Below the pieces are notes generated by a model. It did not search any database, had not been told where the DNA came from, and saw only the letters and a list, made by a program, of their open reading frames with translations. A stretch of 64,000 bases of DNA from the human T2T-CHM13v2.0 reference genome, Homo sapiens. Shown here piece after piece: positions 18,578 through 32,960 of the stretch. A program made the position numbers and the translations under genes. The stretch is from the NCBI RefSeq assembly GCF_009914755.1, contig NC_060932.1, one strand, 5' to 3'. Position 1 is the stretch's first letter, and every line of letters starts with the position of its first letter.

Positions 18578-18650
18578 TCAGCATCAGTTTCTTTTTTTAA
18601 AGCTTCCCTGATGATTCTAATGTACAAGTGAGTTAAGAAACCACTAGACT
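18578..18650. mobile_element. MER5-family hAT fragment
   Basis: aagcttccctgatgattctaatgtacaag...gaaaccacta. Confidence 0.55.
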
Positions 18651-18762
18651 CAGAGGTAATGGTTTATCAAGATGGGAAGAGTGGAGATTCAAGAAAGAGG
18701 GAGCCAAGGAGCAAGAGCATGAAGGACTACAGAGTCCAACAGATATGAAGATGCAAGCCTCA

Positions 18763-19012
18763 GCCCTGCACAGTGGCTCACGCCATAATCCCAGCACTTT
18801 GGGAGGTCAAGGTGGAAGGACTGCTTAAGGCCAGTAGTTGGAGAGACTAGCCTAACCAAAATATTAATAACGAGACCCCCTCTCTACAAAAACTAAAGTT
18901 AGCCAGGTGTGGTGGCACATTTGAGGTTACAGGGAGCTACGATCCTGCCACTGAACTCCAGCCTGAGTGACAGAGAGACACTGTCCCATTAAAAAACAAA
19001 CAAACAAACAAA
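18763..19012 (+). mobile_element. AluJ with internal deletion
   Basis: Right arm partly deleted; TSD atgcaagcct. Confidence 0.88.
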
Positions 19013-20051
19013 CATGCAAGCCTTGCACAGCTGGCGATGATACTGATACTTCTTTTTCCAGTGGCAATTAAGAAGCCAAAAGTTCTGAGAAATTTTAAGT
19101 TAACATTTTTCACAATTAATTTGGCCTTTTGATTTAAAAAAAAAAAGAGAGACTACTGCAGTTCATTCAACCTAAGATGCCACTGACTACAGGATGTGTC
19201 TTGATTATAGAATCAATAAAATACAGTATTTTTATAATTCATTAACATTCATTATGTCAACCCAATAGTGTCAACATCACACCCAATTTTAAGGTCCTAA
19301 AGACTCCTAAGTGATTAAAATTTAAATAGGAAATATGACAATTCAGCTACCTAAGAATACAATTTCTAGAGATAAACTATTAAACCTTGTCAGTCTCTAA
19401 GGTAACGCAACAAAGTTGTACATAAAACCACTGACAGCTGTAGGCTCTAACACTTTTGTTATGAAATCCCACCCCAGAATCATCACACACGGCCTAAGTG
19501 AGTATGTGAGGAGGACGTGAGCACTCTCAACAGGCTGTCCTGAATGCTCACAGCAAGGGGTGTATGTTCACTCAGGGAAATAAGAAGCCAGCATTAATAT
19601 GGTGACACAATCACAGATAAGCTGCAGTCTGTATAAATGTCCACACTCAGATTTATGGAGTCTGTAAAATTCACCTGCATATTTGATCTTTGCTTTATTT
19701 AATATCTATATTTTGTTTCATTTATTTTGATTTTGCTCCAATTAATTTCTGAAAAACTAAGCATAAATTTGTATTCAAGCATAAGATTATGAATTACATA
19801 CTATTTTGAGAAAGCAAGGGGGAAAATGTATTATCTCAAATTCTATAACTTATTCTGGTTTTATTCTTTTCTTTCACAGGGAAAAATATTTTTGCTTTTT
19901 TATTTTTCTTTTCATTTTGAAATACTCATTGAGGTTTTTTTTTTTTTTGCAAACATTCTCTGTTCATCCCAAATGGATTTTAATTACGCATCATTTCTCT
20001 CTGACTGAAACAGTAAACAATGCTTTTGCTTTTGAAGATAAAAGTTTATAA

Positions 20052-20703
<652 letters not shown>

Positions 20704-21357
20704 GATACCATGTTAAAAGAAATTTTGTACAAAAGAAATTCAGGTTTAGAAACCACTGTCAAACAATCAATTGACTCATCAGCTAACTATAAATGTAAAG
20801 AATCTTTTGATACAACTTGAAACATTTCAACACTCTCCAGCTCTCTCATCCAAACTGATGGCCTGAATATTTTTGATGGATTATCATCCTCCTGTGTATT
20901 ATAACTTCACTTCGTTCACGTTCATGTATATTTTGATAATTTGACAATCATTGTATAAATGCATGAATGTTAACTATAGAGTGAAACTGACAGAATGACA
21001 AAAAATTGACAGGATGTTCATATCTTCACAAATCTAATTACTTACAAACTCAAAAGGTAAAGATGGCAGCCTGGCTATAGAGCTCTTGGTTCTTTTTCTC
21101 TAATTCTATAATTCGAATTCTGTTTTTCACATCCAAACAGGTGGGAGTAAAGCCACCATGTGGACAGATCCTGGGTTCCTGAGTTTCCATTTAATGGAGC
21201 ACTGCCAAGAAGAAAAACCCAAATAAAGACACTGCAAATCAGACCAGCAAGTGTTCAAATTTTATTATGCAAAGAAACAGAAACTTTGAGATTTTTACAG
21301 GAATTATCCTATAATCTAGAACCTGACAAATACAGGTCCCACTTGTGATTTCTAAAT

Positions 21358-21360
<3 letters not shown>

Positions 21361-21402
<42 letters not shown>
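21361..21402. repeat. (CA)21 microsatellite
   Basis: Perfect dinucleotide run. Confidence 0.97.
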
Positions 21403-21405
<3 letters not shown>

Positions 21406-21936
21406 ATACATAATAAAAAATATAAAGGTAAATACTAAAACATTATAGTGGTTCTCTCTCAAAAATAGGACTCAAAAATCAGGGAAGTAGATAGCAATGG
21501 TTTTGTTTTTCACTTTGTACTCTTCTGTGCTGCTTGGTTTTGGTTTGTATTTCTGTTTTGTTTTTTTTTTTACATTTTCTAACAAGCAGCTAATGAAAAT
21601 TAGATAGCTGCTGAAAATGTCAAAGGCTATCTTAAATTGCCAGCTGTCCGCAGTACTATAGACTGTCTTATCACATTACTAAGTAAACAAAAGAAACAAT
21701 TATCTCATAATGTCCATTTCAACCTTTATTATCTCACTTGAAATCTGTTCATTTTGTATATTTTTAAAATTTATTTTTGTATATTTTTATTCTGATTTTT
21801 ACTTTTATTCATAGAAGGAAAACAACATATCACCTCATAATGGTAAACTCTTTAATAAGTAAGATATTTTACTAAAAATTTCAAGTACATTCTATTTTTC
21901 TGTCTATCTTGAGTGAATAGATAATAATTTATCATT

Positions 21937-22251
21937 GGCCGGGAGCAGTGGCTCATGCGTATAATCCCAGCACTTTAGGAGGCCGAGGTGGAAAGACTGC
22001 TTGAGCTCAGGAGTTCAAGACCCCTAGCCTGAGCAACACAAGGAGACCCTGTCTCTACAAAAAAAAAAAAAAAAAATGCTGGGCATGGTGGTACACACCC
22101 ATACTTCTCAGCTACTCAGGAGGCTGAGGTGGGAAGACTGCTTGAGCCCACGAGGTCAGGGCTGCTGTGAGCTATTATCACGCCACCACACTCCAGCCTG
22201 GGCAACTGAGCAAGGCCCTGTCTCAAATAAAATAAAATAAAATAAAATAAA
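21937..22251 (+). mobile_element. AluJ
   Basis: Full Alu with (TAAAA)n tail. Confidence 0.93.
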
Positions 22252-23205
22252 TTTAAATGTTAAATATTAAAAAAATTAATAAACAGTATCAGACAGATAC
22301 TAATACTGGTAATATTAGATATTAAGATGTAATACTGTATCAGACAGTATTACCATTTCCATCAAAATTTGCAGTAAATTTTAAAGAATTCACTTCTTCA
22401 TTTGTTTCATGTTTTCTAAATTTCTCTTGATCATTTTTACATCTGGGTTTTTTTTTTCAGGAAGAAATGCTAGATTAGTACCAGAATGATTTCATTCTCT
22501 GTAATGTTACATTTCAACTATTTACAAAAATATAAATTACAAGATTTTTAAAAAACATTAAGCCTTTGAAGTTTGCTTGAATGTCTTCTAACTTGAAGAT
22601 AAATTTTGATTGACATAGTCATTCACTTATTTTCAAGAATTTGGTGGATAAGCAAGATTCAAGCTTGATACTTCCTAGTTCTCATCTCCTATATATTAGA
22701 TATACATGAATTTATTAATAGTGAAAAAATTATTGGTTGTTCCCCACTATTCATATCTGCTTGCCTCAGAACATAAACTCTTTTTAAAATTTTTAAAAAA
22801 TAATTGCTATTATTTTAAAAATCACAACCAGTCACAAAGTATTGAACAAATGTTTAATTATAAAATAGTATATTTACACAGGCATACAATTTGTATTAAA
22901 ATTTATATTAAGTTAACAGCATGATTATATTAAAAGTTGTATGCTCATGAAATTTACATTTAAAATTCCCATACAAGCATTACAAATCTGCTAAGACATT
23001 GACACGAACAACAAATCCTTCTACACGGGACGTAGAATGCTGGCCGGATAGCAACGTCAGCACTGGAATTTGTCAGCTGAGCCATAGCTAAGTGCTCATC
23101 ACTCTTCTTTGCTCTTGTATTCTACCTGCATGTTGTTGTTTTATATTTCCCTGAGAACCACAATGTATGTTCCATAGTTTGTTTAGCTGATTTCACTGAC
23201 TTTAG

Positions 23206-23561
<356 letters not shown>

Positions 23562-25429
23562 ACTCTCCTTTGTTTCTAAATGATCATCCTGGATAAGAGG
23601 TCAGCCAGGTCACGAGTTTTATATTCTGAAGAAGGAAAGTGACAAGAAGCCCAAGAGGTCACACCGAATTGGCTCAGATTGCTCAGAGAGAGAAGACAAG
23701 AGCATCTGCTGAGATGAAGAGGAGGTGGAGGGAAAGTTTTGCAAGTTTGGAATAGACATGGGGTGGAAAGGATGAAAAAGGGAACAGACACAGACAAAAT
23801 CACAGAAGTCAGTATTTCAGGCTTGATGAAACCACCATTAAAAACTTCTAACTTACTTTGCAATGTCTGGTTGCAGACAAAACCCAAATTATGTCATTAC
23901 ACGGCTTAAAATCCTTCAGTGGTTTTAAGGACCGATTGCTCTTAGGACCACGTTTACTCCTAAATGTAGCAGATTTTTTAGCCCTCTGATTTCTTCCTAC
24001 CAGTCCCATCATATTCTACATGGTAACCATCTGGTTGATGAGCAGTTTTCCAAAGAGCTACTTAACCTTCAGGACATTTCATATGCTGTGCCCTCCACCC
24101 AGAGCACTCTTCTTGCCCACAGCAGGAATTTTTAGTTAAATTGGATCTTAAATTGAGATGGACAAGACAGAGTCAAGAAATCACAACAAGATACTAGAAA
24201 ATATATTTCATAAGTGTATAGCTTAAAATAACATTCTGCGGCATGACTTAGAAATTAAGATGCAGAGCTACCAGCTGGACTGTTTGGTGACCAACCTTCC
24301 CTCAATCCAACTCACCAGGAATATAAATCCTGGCATTTTCTGTTCAGTAAGAGTCTTCAATGCACTACAATATCAACTAAAGGCTGGGAAATAAAATACC
24401 TGATTTCAGGGCTCCGTTAACAAAAAGGGGAATCATTTAACGTATTTAAACTATTTTCACCATTCAAACAAAATTACTGTTTAACCCAAATGCTTAAAAC
24501 AAATTTTTAAAGAGAACAATCTAGGAAGAAAGTAATTTACCCAGACCTTTCTCAAGTGCATAGGGTAATTTTTCACACAGTGTCTTCCGTAAATTGTTAA
24601 AATGTGGGTGGGGTGAGGGGTAGAGGTTTAGCTTCAGGAGTCAGTGACTGAATGGTATTTAAAGCTTTGGTCTTGAGGAAGGTGACCTAAAGAGCCAGTG
24701 TGGTCAGAATAGAGAGGAGAGCCAAGAAGAAAGGCTGGTGTTGAGATCAGGAGAAAAAAATCAGCAAAGACAACTCTTTGAAATATCCAGAATGGCTAAG
24801 CTACTTGAAAGGAAACAAACTGACCAGTCAGTCCAACGATTCCATCTGCCTGTTATACTTCTACTAGGAATTAATAAACTATTATTCTAATAAATCTGCT
24901 TTATTAATCACTGTATACATATTTCAAAGGAAAACACCTAGCATATTATATACCCTCAAATATTAATTGGTACTCAGAGGAATATTGACTCCCTTTTAAG
25001 TGCTAATCTGGTATCAACTGTATCCAGGTATCTTCAAAAGATCAGTATGTCTTCCAATCCCTCCACTCTAGCTACTCCTTGGCAAGACTCCAGCTGAATT
25101 TCCCAGTTATAGGTGGAACCAGTTATGCCTGGTGGCTTTTGTAGCAAGAGTCCTGGGCCACTACTAACAGTTCACTTCCTCTACCCTTCATTCCATTCCA
25201 ACATTGTTGAAATTTGGCCACATTTAGTCTTCCAAGATACCTTAGGACCAGATACCCTACAATAATACCTATGAGCTCACACACTTTAAGATACTCAGTG
25301 GCCGCTCACAGCCACACACCCCTTTACAGGTGCTCCACGTGGCAGCCATCTATACTGAATAGCGTAAAACTATTAATAGATGTGGGTGGAAAAGGTTTTG
25401 GTTTGGAGACAGATTTTCTATGAAGACGC

Positions 25430-26150
<721 letters not shown>

Positions 26151-26589
26151 GAACTGGTTGTTAGAATTGTGACTACTATTGTTTGTGTGAAGATTCAGGA
26201 TCCTATGGGCAGGTGGACCCAGAGAATAGTACTTCTTGGGTTTACAACATACCAGGGTGAGGACAGGAGAGGTGCCAAGAGGGAAGGGGAGCTGATGGCG
26301 CCAGAAGATTTGGAAGCCCAGGATCTAAAAGCAGACGTCCTTTTGTTGTTCTGTGCCACCCACTATTGATTCAGAGAAAGAAACATGGGTCTCCTGCCTG
26401 ACACTGTACCACATGAGGACGTTCTTCCAATGGCTGGAAGAAAGGAAGGGGCAAAAGGTTACCTGGAGTTTAGTTACCCTCAGTAATTAATTACTAAGGG
26501 GTCCCCATGCCACTTTTGAGTCCATACTTGCTAGTTCTCTATCAGTTCAGCCAGCCATAATGCTTCTGATGCTGATGTAAAAGGAAAAT

Positions 26590-26790
26590 CTGTTCACTGA
26601 TGAAAACTGAGTGTAGAGTTCAAATCCTGGCTCCAACACCTCTTAGCTGCATAACCTTGGATAGCTTACCTGGTCACTCCGGTCCTTTTTTCCTGCATTT
26701 GTAAAACCAGGTATGCACATATAACTCATATAGTTGCTATTAAGAATAAATATGACATTCAAAAGCACCAGTCTAATAATGTGTGTTCCC
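26590..26790 (+). mobile_element. MIR
   Basis: gagttcaaatcctggctccaacacctcttagctgcataaccttgg. Confidence 0.7.
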
Positions 26791-26959
26791 TTTACCTTTA
26801 CTCAATAATTATCGGCCCCTCTTCCTGGACCACTTCAGACATTTTCTTAGGATACCACTTAGGCAAACGGTGACAGCCTGTGATTGACCCTCTGAGAGGT
26901 TCCAGGAATAGCAGCAAGGACTGCTACCACCACCCATGGGCCATATTCCATGTTTAGCT

Positions 26960-27250
26960 GTCTGGTGGATGCCAACCCCCCTCAAATTCAGAATCAAAAC
27001 TGAATTTTCCTTCTTCCCTCCAAAACCAGATATTCTTTCCTCTTTGTGTTCCTCCTGGTCTCTTATTAACACTACCACCACTTTCTCCAGTTGCCCAGGC
27101 TTAAAACCAATTACAAACATTTTATTTCTTTGACCCACCCACTCACTGAGCCAGAGAAACATGAATCCTTCCCTCAGTTTCCTTTGGCTCCATTTCTTCT
27201 TTCCATTCCTCCCACCACTGGACCTTAGGTCTAGACCACACCTGCTCCTC
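26960..27250 (+). mobile_element. L2 fragment
   Basis: ctcaaattcagaatcaaaactgaa...ccagttgcccaggcttaaaacc. Confidence 0.6.
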
Positions 27251-28056
27251 AATTCCAAATGGAGCCCTACAGAAACTATCTCGATTTCATCAAGTTCAAG
27301 AGTCCAGGAACTTGATGGTACCGCTGATGCTAAAAAAAAAAAAAAACAGAAAAGAAAAGAAAAAAATTGTTGGCACATTTGAGGGAAGCTGGGCAAGGAG
27401 GGGGAGGATATTCAAAACACCCCAAGGAAGAATAACAGGGTCACTTTTTCTTTAAAGGATGAAGTTTATATTGTAGCAAGTCAGAATAAGAAGAAGATAC
27501 AGAGGACTAGAAGTCACGGTTGAAATTCAGATCAGAAATGTCATCCAAATATAGAAAATAACAAATAATAAAAACCATTTTTCCATATACAGTATTCTGT
27601 AGAGTCAGTGACATGGCAGACACGGTGATTCTAATCCACGGCCACAGCTTAGGAGCAGTAGTTATTTCATTTATCAATTAATTTTCTTTAGTGCCTGGCA
27701 TATCTATTTCAAAACCATTAAGTAATTGTAGCTGTTAACTGAATGCTTACTATGTGCCGGGTACTGTGCTGCATTATCTACATATTCTCTGCCTTGGTCC
27801 TTACCCAACCCTATGAGGGGCACTGCAATCATTCAAAGATCAGAACTGATAGTATAGAGATGGGGGAGAGACATGTCCCTGGGCTCACCTTTACAAGAGG
27901 AAAATGGTTTGCCCCAATAAGAAAACATTCATATAGTACCTAAAGTTTCCAATGTCTTAATGCTCATCATCTCATTTGAGTCACACAATAATTCTCTGAA
28001 CTAGGCATGACATTAATTATTATCTCTGACTTACAATTAAGAAAAGCTCCAAGTCA

Positions 28057-28502
28057 TGCAGGCCACTGTCTTCTTGCCTTCAAACATCTCTGCATGTTTC
28101 TTTCTAGAGCTGGTGGAAAAAGGACCATATCTGTGCCCACTTGTGAAGGGAGTAAAGGAGTATCCTTGGCATTACTAATGTCTCCTTTCTGATCCGAGAG
28201 AGAGTGTGTCATGAAGACACTCAGGCAGCTCCAAGTGGAGGTCCACACAGTAGGAACTGAGGCCTCCTGCCAGCAACTAGGTGCAGGAGCCGTGTTGAAA
28301 GTGGATCCGTTAGTCCATTCAGCCTCCAAATGACGACAGCCCCAACTGTCAACTTGACCACAGTCTCACGAGAGGCCCTGAGCCACACCATCCAGATGAG
28401 CTGCTCCAAGACTCCTGACTTGTTCCTGACATAATAAATATTTGTTGCCTTAAGCCCCTTAATGATGAGGTAATTTGTTACACAGCGATAGATAACTAAT
28501 GC
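28057..28502 (+). mobile_element. MLT1 (MLT1F-like) MaLR LTR
   Basis: gaactgaggcctcctgccagcaac and 3' end taatttgttacacagcgatagataactaat. Confidence 0.8.
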
Positions 28503-29099
28503 CAATCCAAACCCTGAGATATATGAAGCCTGAGGGTTTCAACATGAAGAAGCTGACAAGAACTGGGATCCCAAGAGAGTTCATGAATTCCCTTCCAGGA
28601 GACGTACGCAAGTGCAGATGCTGAACTGCCAGGCAGAGGTATTACAGAAGGGATGCACACACAGGATGGAAACTTGCATAGATATCCCTTCAGGTTACTT
28701 CCAACCACAAGACCCAGTGAATTTAATTGTAAACGTCTCCCTAGTCTAGATGTACACACGGTTGTTGCCAGAATTGAATAGCTAACAAGCTGACTAAAAT
28801 CTATCCAAAGCCTCCTTATTTAGAACATTTGAAATAATTTATTATTTTTGATAGAGAAAAGTGGTCACACAGGGAGTTTCATTTTCACCTCCCACTTCCC
28901 AAGACAACTGGCTCACTTCCCCAGCCAACCTCAACAAAGTTTTATCTCGGTGAACTACCTGAGTCTTCTCACCCTACCTGCCCCAGCCTACCTGCCCCCC
29001 AGGAGAGTTAGAGCTCTGACAAAGAGGAAGCCTGAATATACCCTTACTCTTAAGGCACTGGTTTTCCAACATTTCTGATAATTACTACTTAACAAGCAC

Positions 29100-29727
29100 A
29101 CTGTAAACTAGTTCAACCATTGTGGAAATCAGTGTGGCGATTCCTCAGGGATCTAGAACTGGAAATACCATTTGACCCAGCCATCCCATTACTGGGTATA
29201 TACCCAAAGGACTATAAATCATGCTGCTATAAAGACACATGCACACGTATGTTTATTGCGGCATTATTCACAATAGTAAAGACTTGGAACCAACCCAAAT
29301 GTCCAACAATGATAGACTGGATTAAGAAAATGTGGCACATATACACCATGGAATACTATGCAGCCATAAAAAATGATGAGTTCATGTCCTTTGTAGGGAC
29401 ATGGATGAAATTGGAAATCATCATTCTCAGTAAACTATCACAAGAACAAAAAACCAAACACCGCATATTCTCACTCATAGGTGGGAAGTGAACAATGAGA
29501 TCACATGGACACAGGAAGGGGAATATCACACTCTGGGGACTGTTGTGGGGTGGGGGGAGGGGGGAGGGATAGCATTGGGAGATATACCTAATGCTAGATG
29601 ACGAGTTAGTGGGTGCAGCGCACCAGCATGGCACATGTATACATATGTAACTAACCTGCACAATGTGCACATGTACCCTAAAACTTAAAGTATAATAAAA
29701 AATAAATTAATTAATTAAAAAAAAAAA
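29100..29727 (+). mobile_element. 5'-truncated L1PA2-like element (ORF2 C-terminus plus 3' UTR)
   Basis: Open ORF2 tail (…WRFLRDLELEIPFDPAIPLLGIYPKDYKSCCYKDTC…); GAG rather than Ta-type ACA in the 3' UTR; TSD aacaagcacact at 29091-29102 and 29753-29764. Confidence 0.95.
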
Positions 29728-29806
29728 TTTCAGTCTTTGAGGTTAAAAAAAAAACAAGCACACTCACACACACATTTAAACAAAAGTTGACATTTAAGAA
29801 AACAAT

Positions 29807-30156
<350 letters not shown>

Positions 30157-30719
30157 TCATACTGTTCTACTACTTTGTTCTTCTTAAAAAAACACTTGGT
30201 CAAAATCCACAACCCAGTAAAAGGTCCCAAGAAACAGTATGGAGAATATATCCGAAGACATACTTCTGAACACTCAACAGCTCCTAAAATCCTCCTAGGT
30301 AGAGACAAAGGCAAAAAACTGAAATAATAAATCCCCCTTCACCCCAATCATGTGTAAATACTTAGTTCCACTTCACCCACATCCATAAAATACACAATAA
30401 ATGCTGGGGCTTTCATCTAATCAAGAACAACCTCAGGCAGTTTCTATTCAAATATAAATAATTATCCAGGCCCCAAAATTCTTCTCCTAGTTCCACAGGT
30501 AATGACTGGAAAATCTACAAACAACTTCAGCTAAAACTCCCTTATCACTCTTAACAAGTATGGCTCAAAGACAAAATTTCAATCTTTTCCAATTTTTTTT
30601 AAAGTAGGCAGGCAGCAAAATAAAACATCAGCAAAAGCTAAATGTGCTTGGATAAAGCACAATTAAATACATGTTTGTATTTTTCCAAAATGGACCACAG
30701 GTTGCTATTAAAAAGAGTA

Positions 30720-31240
30720 ATAAAATCAATCTATAGAAACTAAATAGATAAGTGTTTGCCTGCGGGCACGGGATGTGGAGTGGCTGTAAATAGACACAGG
30801 GTGATGAAAATATTCTAAAATTAGATTGTGGTGATCACTGCACAACTCTGTAAGTTTACTAGAAATCACTGAATTGTACATTTAAAACAAGTGAATTTTA
30901 AGGTAAACTATATGGTGATTATTTATGGCAAATTATATATCAATAAAGCTTTTTTCTTAAAAAATGGAAACTATATGTTAGATTTTTTTTTTAATATCCA
31001 AGATACGTGTCAGTTAAAACAAGCAAAGTACAGAATAATGTGTATGACATGTTCCCATTTGAACTTTTAAAGTGATTGTATACATTACCTGCCTAGACAT
31101 TTCTGGAAGGACACCCAGAGGCTGATCATAACAGCCGCTCTGGGAGAAATGGGTCTAGGCTAAGAGAGTTTGAGTTTTAATTGCATACTGTTTGGATTCA
31201 TTTGCTTTGAACATGTATTATTTTTCATAAGTATGAAAAT
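30720..31240 (+). mobile_element. Old L1M 3' UTR fragments
   Basis: gtgatgaaaatattctaaaattagattgtggtgat...caataaagct. Confidence 0.65.
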
Positions 31241-31359
31241 AAGATGGGTGGAAGCCCTCAGGAGTAGGACTCTTACAGCAGTACCAAGTTTATAACGGTG
31301 CTAGTTCATATTGTTCTTTGAGAAGGGGATAGTTTGGTCCTTCAGAATTTAAATATTTC

Positions 31360-31500
31360 AGCAAGGTAGGGTGGCCTGTAATTCCAGCACTTTGGGAGGC
31401 CAAGGCGGGAGGATCACTTGAGCCCACGAGTTCAATGCTGCAGTGAGTCATGATTGTGCTACTGCACTCCAGCCTGAGCGACAGAATGAGACCCCGTCTC
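31360..31500 (+). mobile_element. Alu monomer (FRAM/FAM-like)
   Basis: Single monomer ending gagaccccgtctc. Confidence 0.8.
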
Positions 31501-31805
31501 TTTTCTTTTTTTTTTCTTTTTTTTGAGACAGAGTTTCACTCTTGTTGCCCAGGCTGGAGTGCAATGGCACGATCTTGGCTCACTGCAACCTCGCCTCCCA
31601 GGTTCAAGCAATTCTCCTGCCTCAGCCTCCCAAGTTGCTGGGATTACAGACATGCGCCACCACGCCCGGCTAATTTTGTATTTTTTGTAGAGATGGGGTT
31701 TCTCCATGTTGGTCAGGCTGGTGGTGAACTCCCGACCTCAGGTGATCCGCTCGCCTCAGCCTCCCAAAGTGCTGAGATAACAGGCATGAGCCACCGCGCC
31801 TGACC
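31501..31805 (-). mobile_element. AluS (Sp/Sq-like) inserted at the tail of the monomer
   Basis: TSD atgagaccc(c/t)gtctct. Confidence 0.95.
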
Positions 31806-32789
31806 ATGAGACCCTGTCTCTAATTATTTCTCAGTAGAAGTCTGCGTTAAAAGGTACCTGTGTTTGACAATAAGAGGCCAAGTGACAGAATCTTCCAACT
31901 GAAATCTGATTTCATAAAATCCAAGAGGAAGAGAATTTGAATGCCCTCTTAGGAGGAAAATGGGGTTCATATCATTTAGTCGTCTCCTTCGGCAGGTGCT
32001 GGAACACAACTCAAAGTGGCTTATGGTTTGCAATTATAAATCTGGGAAGAGATTAGATACATTATATCTGAGTACAGGACTATATGCATCTAGGGAGTTG
32101 AAAACATAGTCCTCATAGAGCTTTATCAAAAAGAAAAAGAATATGCAAATAAAAAACTAAAACTGAATCCAAAAAGGTAGCTGAACACCACACTCTCAAA
32201 TGTTGTAACCAGACTTTTGACAACTGCTCAGATCCAGGCCTGGGTTCTACCATCTTGCCTCAGCTCATTTTTGGCTTTGGTTCCTAATTGAGCTCTTCAC
32301 CTCGCTATTTAAGGACACTGGCTCTCTGAACATTGAGAACCTGTGGCTCACCGCATCCTCCCCTCCCCACCTTAGGCTCATCCTGTCATCAGACGGCTTC
32401 CTGATTTACAAGGCCAAGGTAACCAAAATTTGGACCATAAAATATTAGTATTCTCAACTTTCAAACACGAGCCAACCAGATGACCTGTTTCCAGGATCAT
32501 GGCAGCCCCTCCGACCCAGAGCCTCTCCTGCTAGTGGGGTCTTCTTCCTCCAGTGCCTCCACTGACAAAGGAGCCACCGTCTCAGCCACCCCATGAGTCT
32601 GCCTCCCGTGAGATTTCTACAACTGACACTGCAGCCCCCACTTCCACTCTCATCTATTTGTGCCACTTGGATTATTTCAACTATATTATTCAACACTCAG
32701 CCACCTGTATTTACTGAATGGCTGCTCTGCCTAAGACACTGGCAGGGAGGGGAGAAAATAAGGGTATTTTTACAGTAACAATTAGGACA

Positions 32790-32960
32790 GTGTTTTGTTT
32801 CTAATAGCAGCTTGAGAAATAATTCGCATACTATAAAATCCACTATTTTTTTATAAAGAGTATGGTTCACTGGTTTTTAGTATATTCACAGAGTTATGCA
32901 AACATCACCGCAATCTAATTTTCATACCCCAAAAAGAAACCCACATCCATCAGCAGCCTA
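32790..32960 (-). mobile_element. L1MB 3' fragment
   Basis: ggtttttagtatattcacagagttatgcaaacatcacc. Confidence 0.7.

Noticed and set aside
26809-27396. 195-aa minus-strand ORF
   Set aside because: Runs through a poly-A tract and an L2 fragment; no recognisable domain or splice structure
29120-29491. 123-aa ORF with clear protein similarity
   Set aside because: C-terminus of L1 ORF2p in a 5'-truncated, promoterless copy; not a gene
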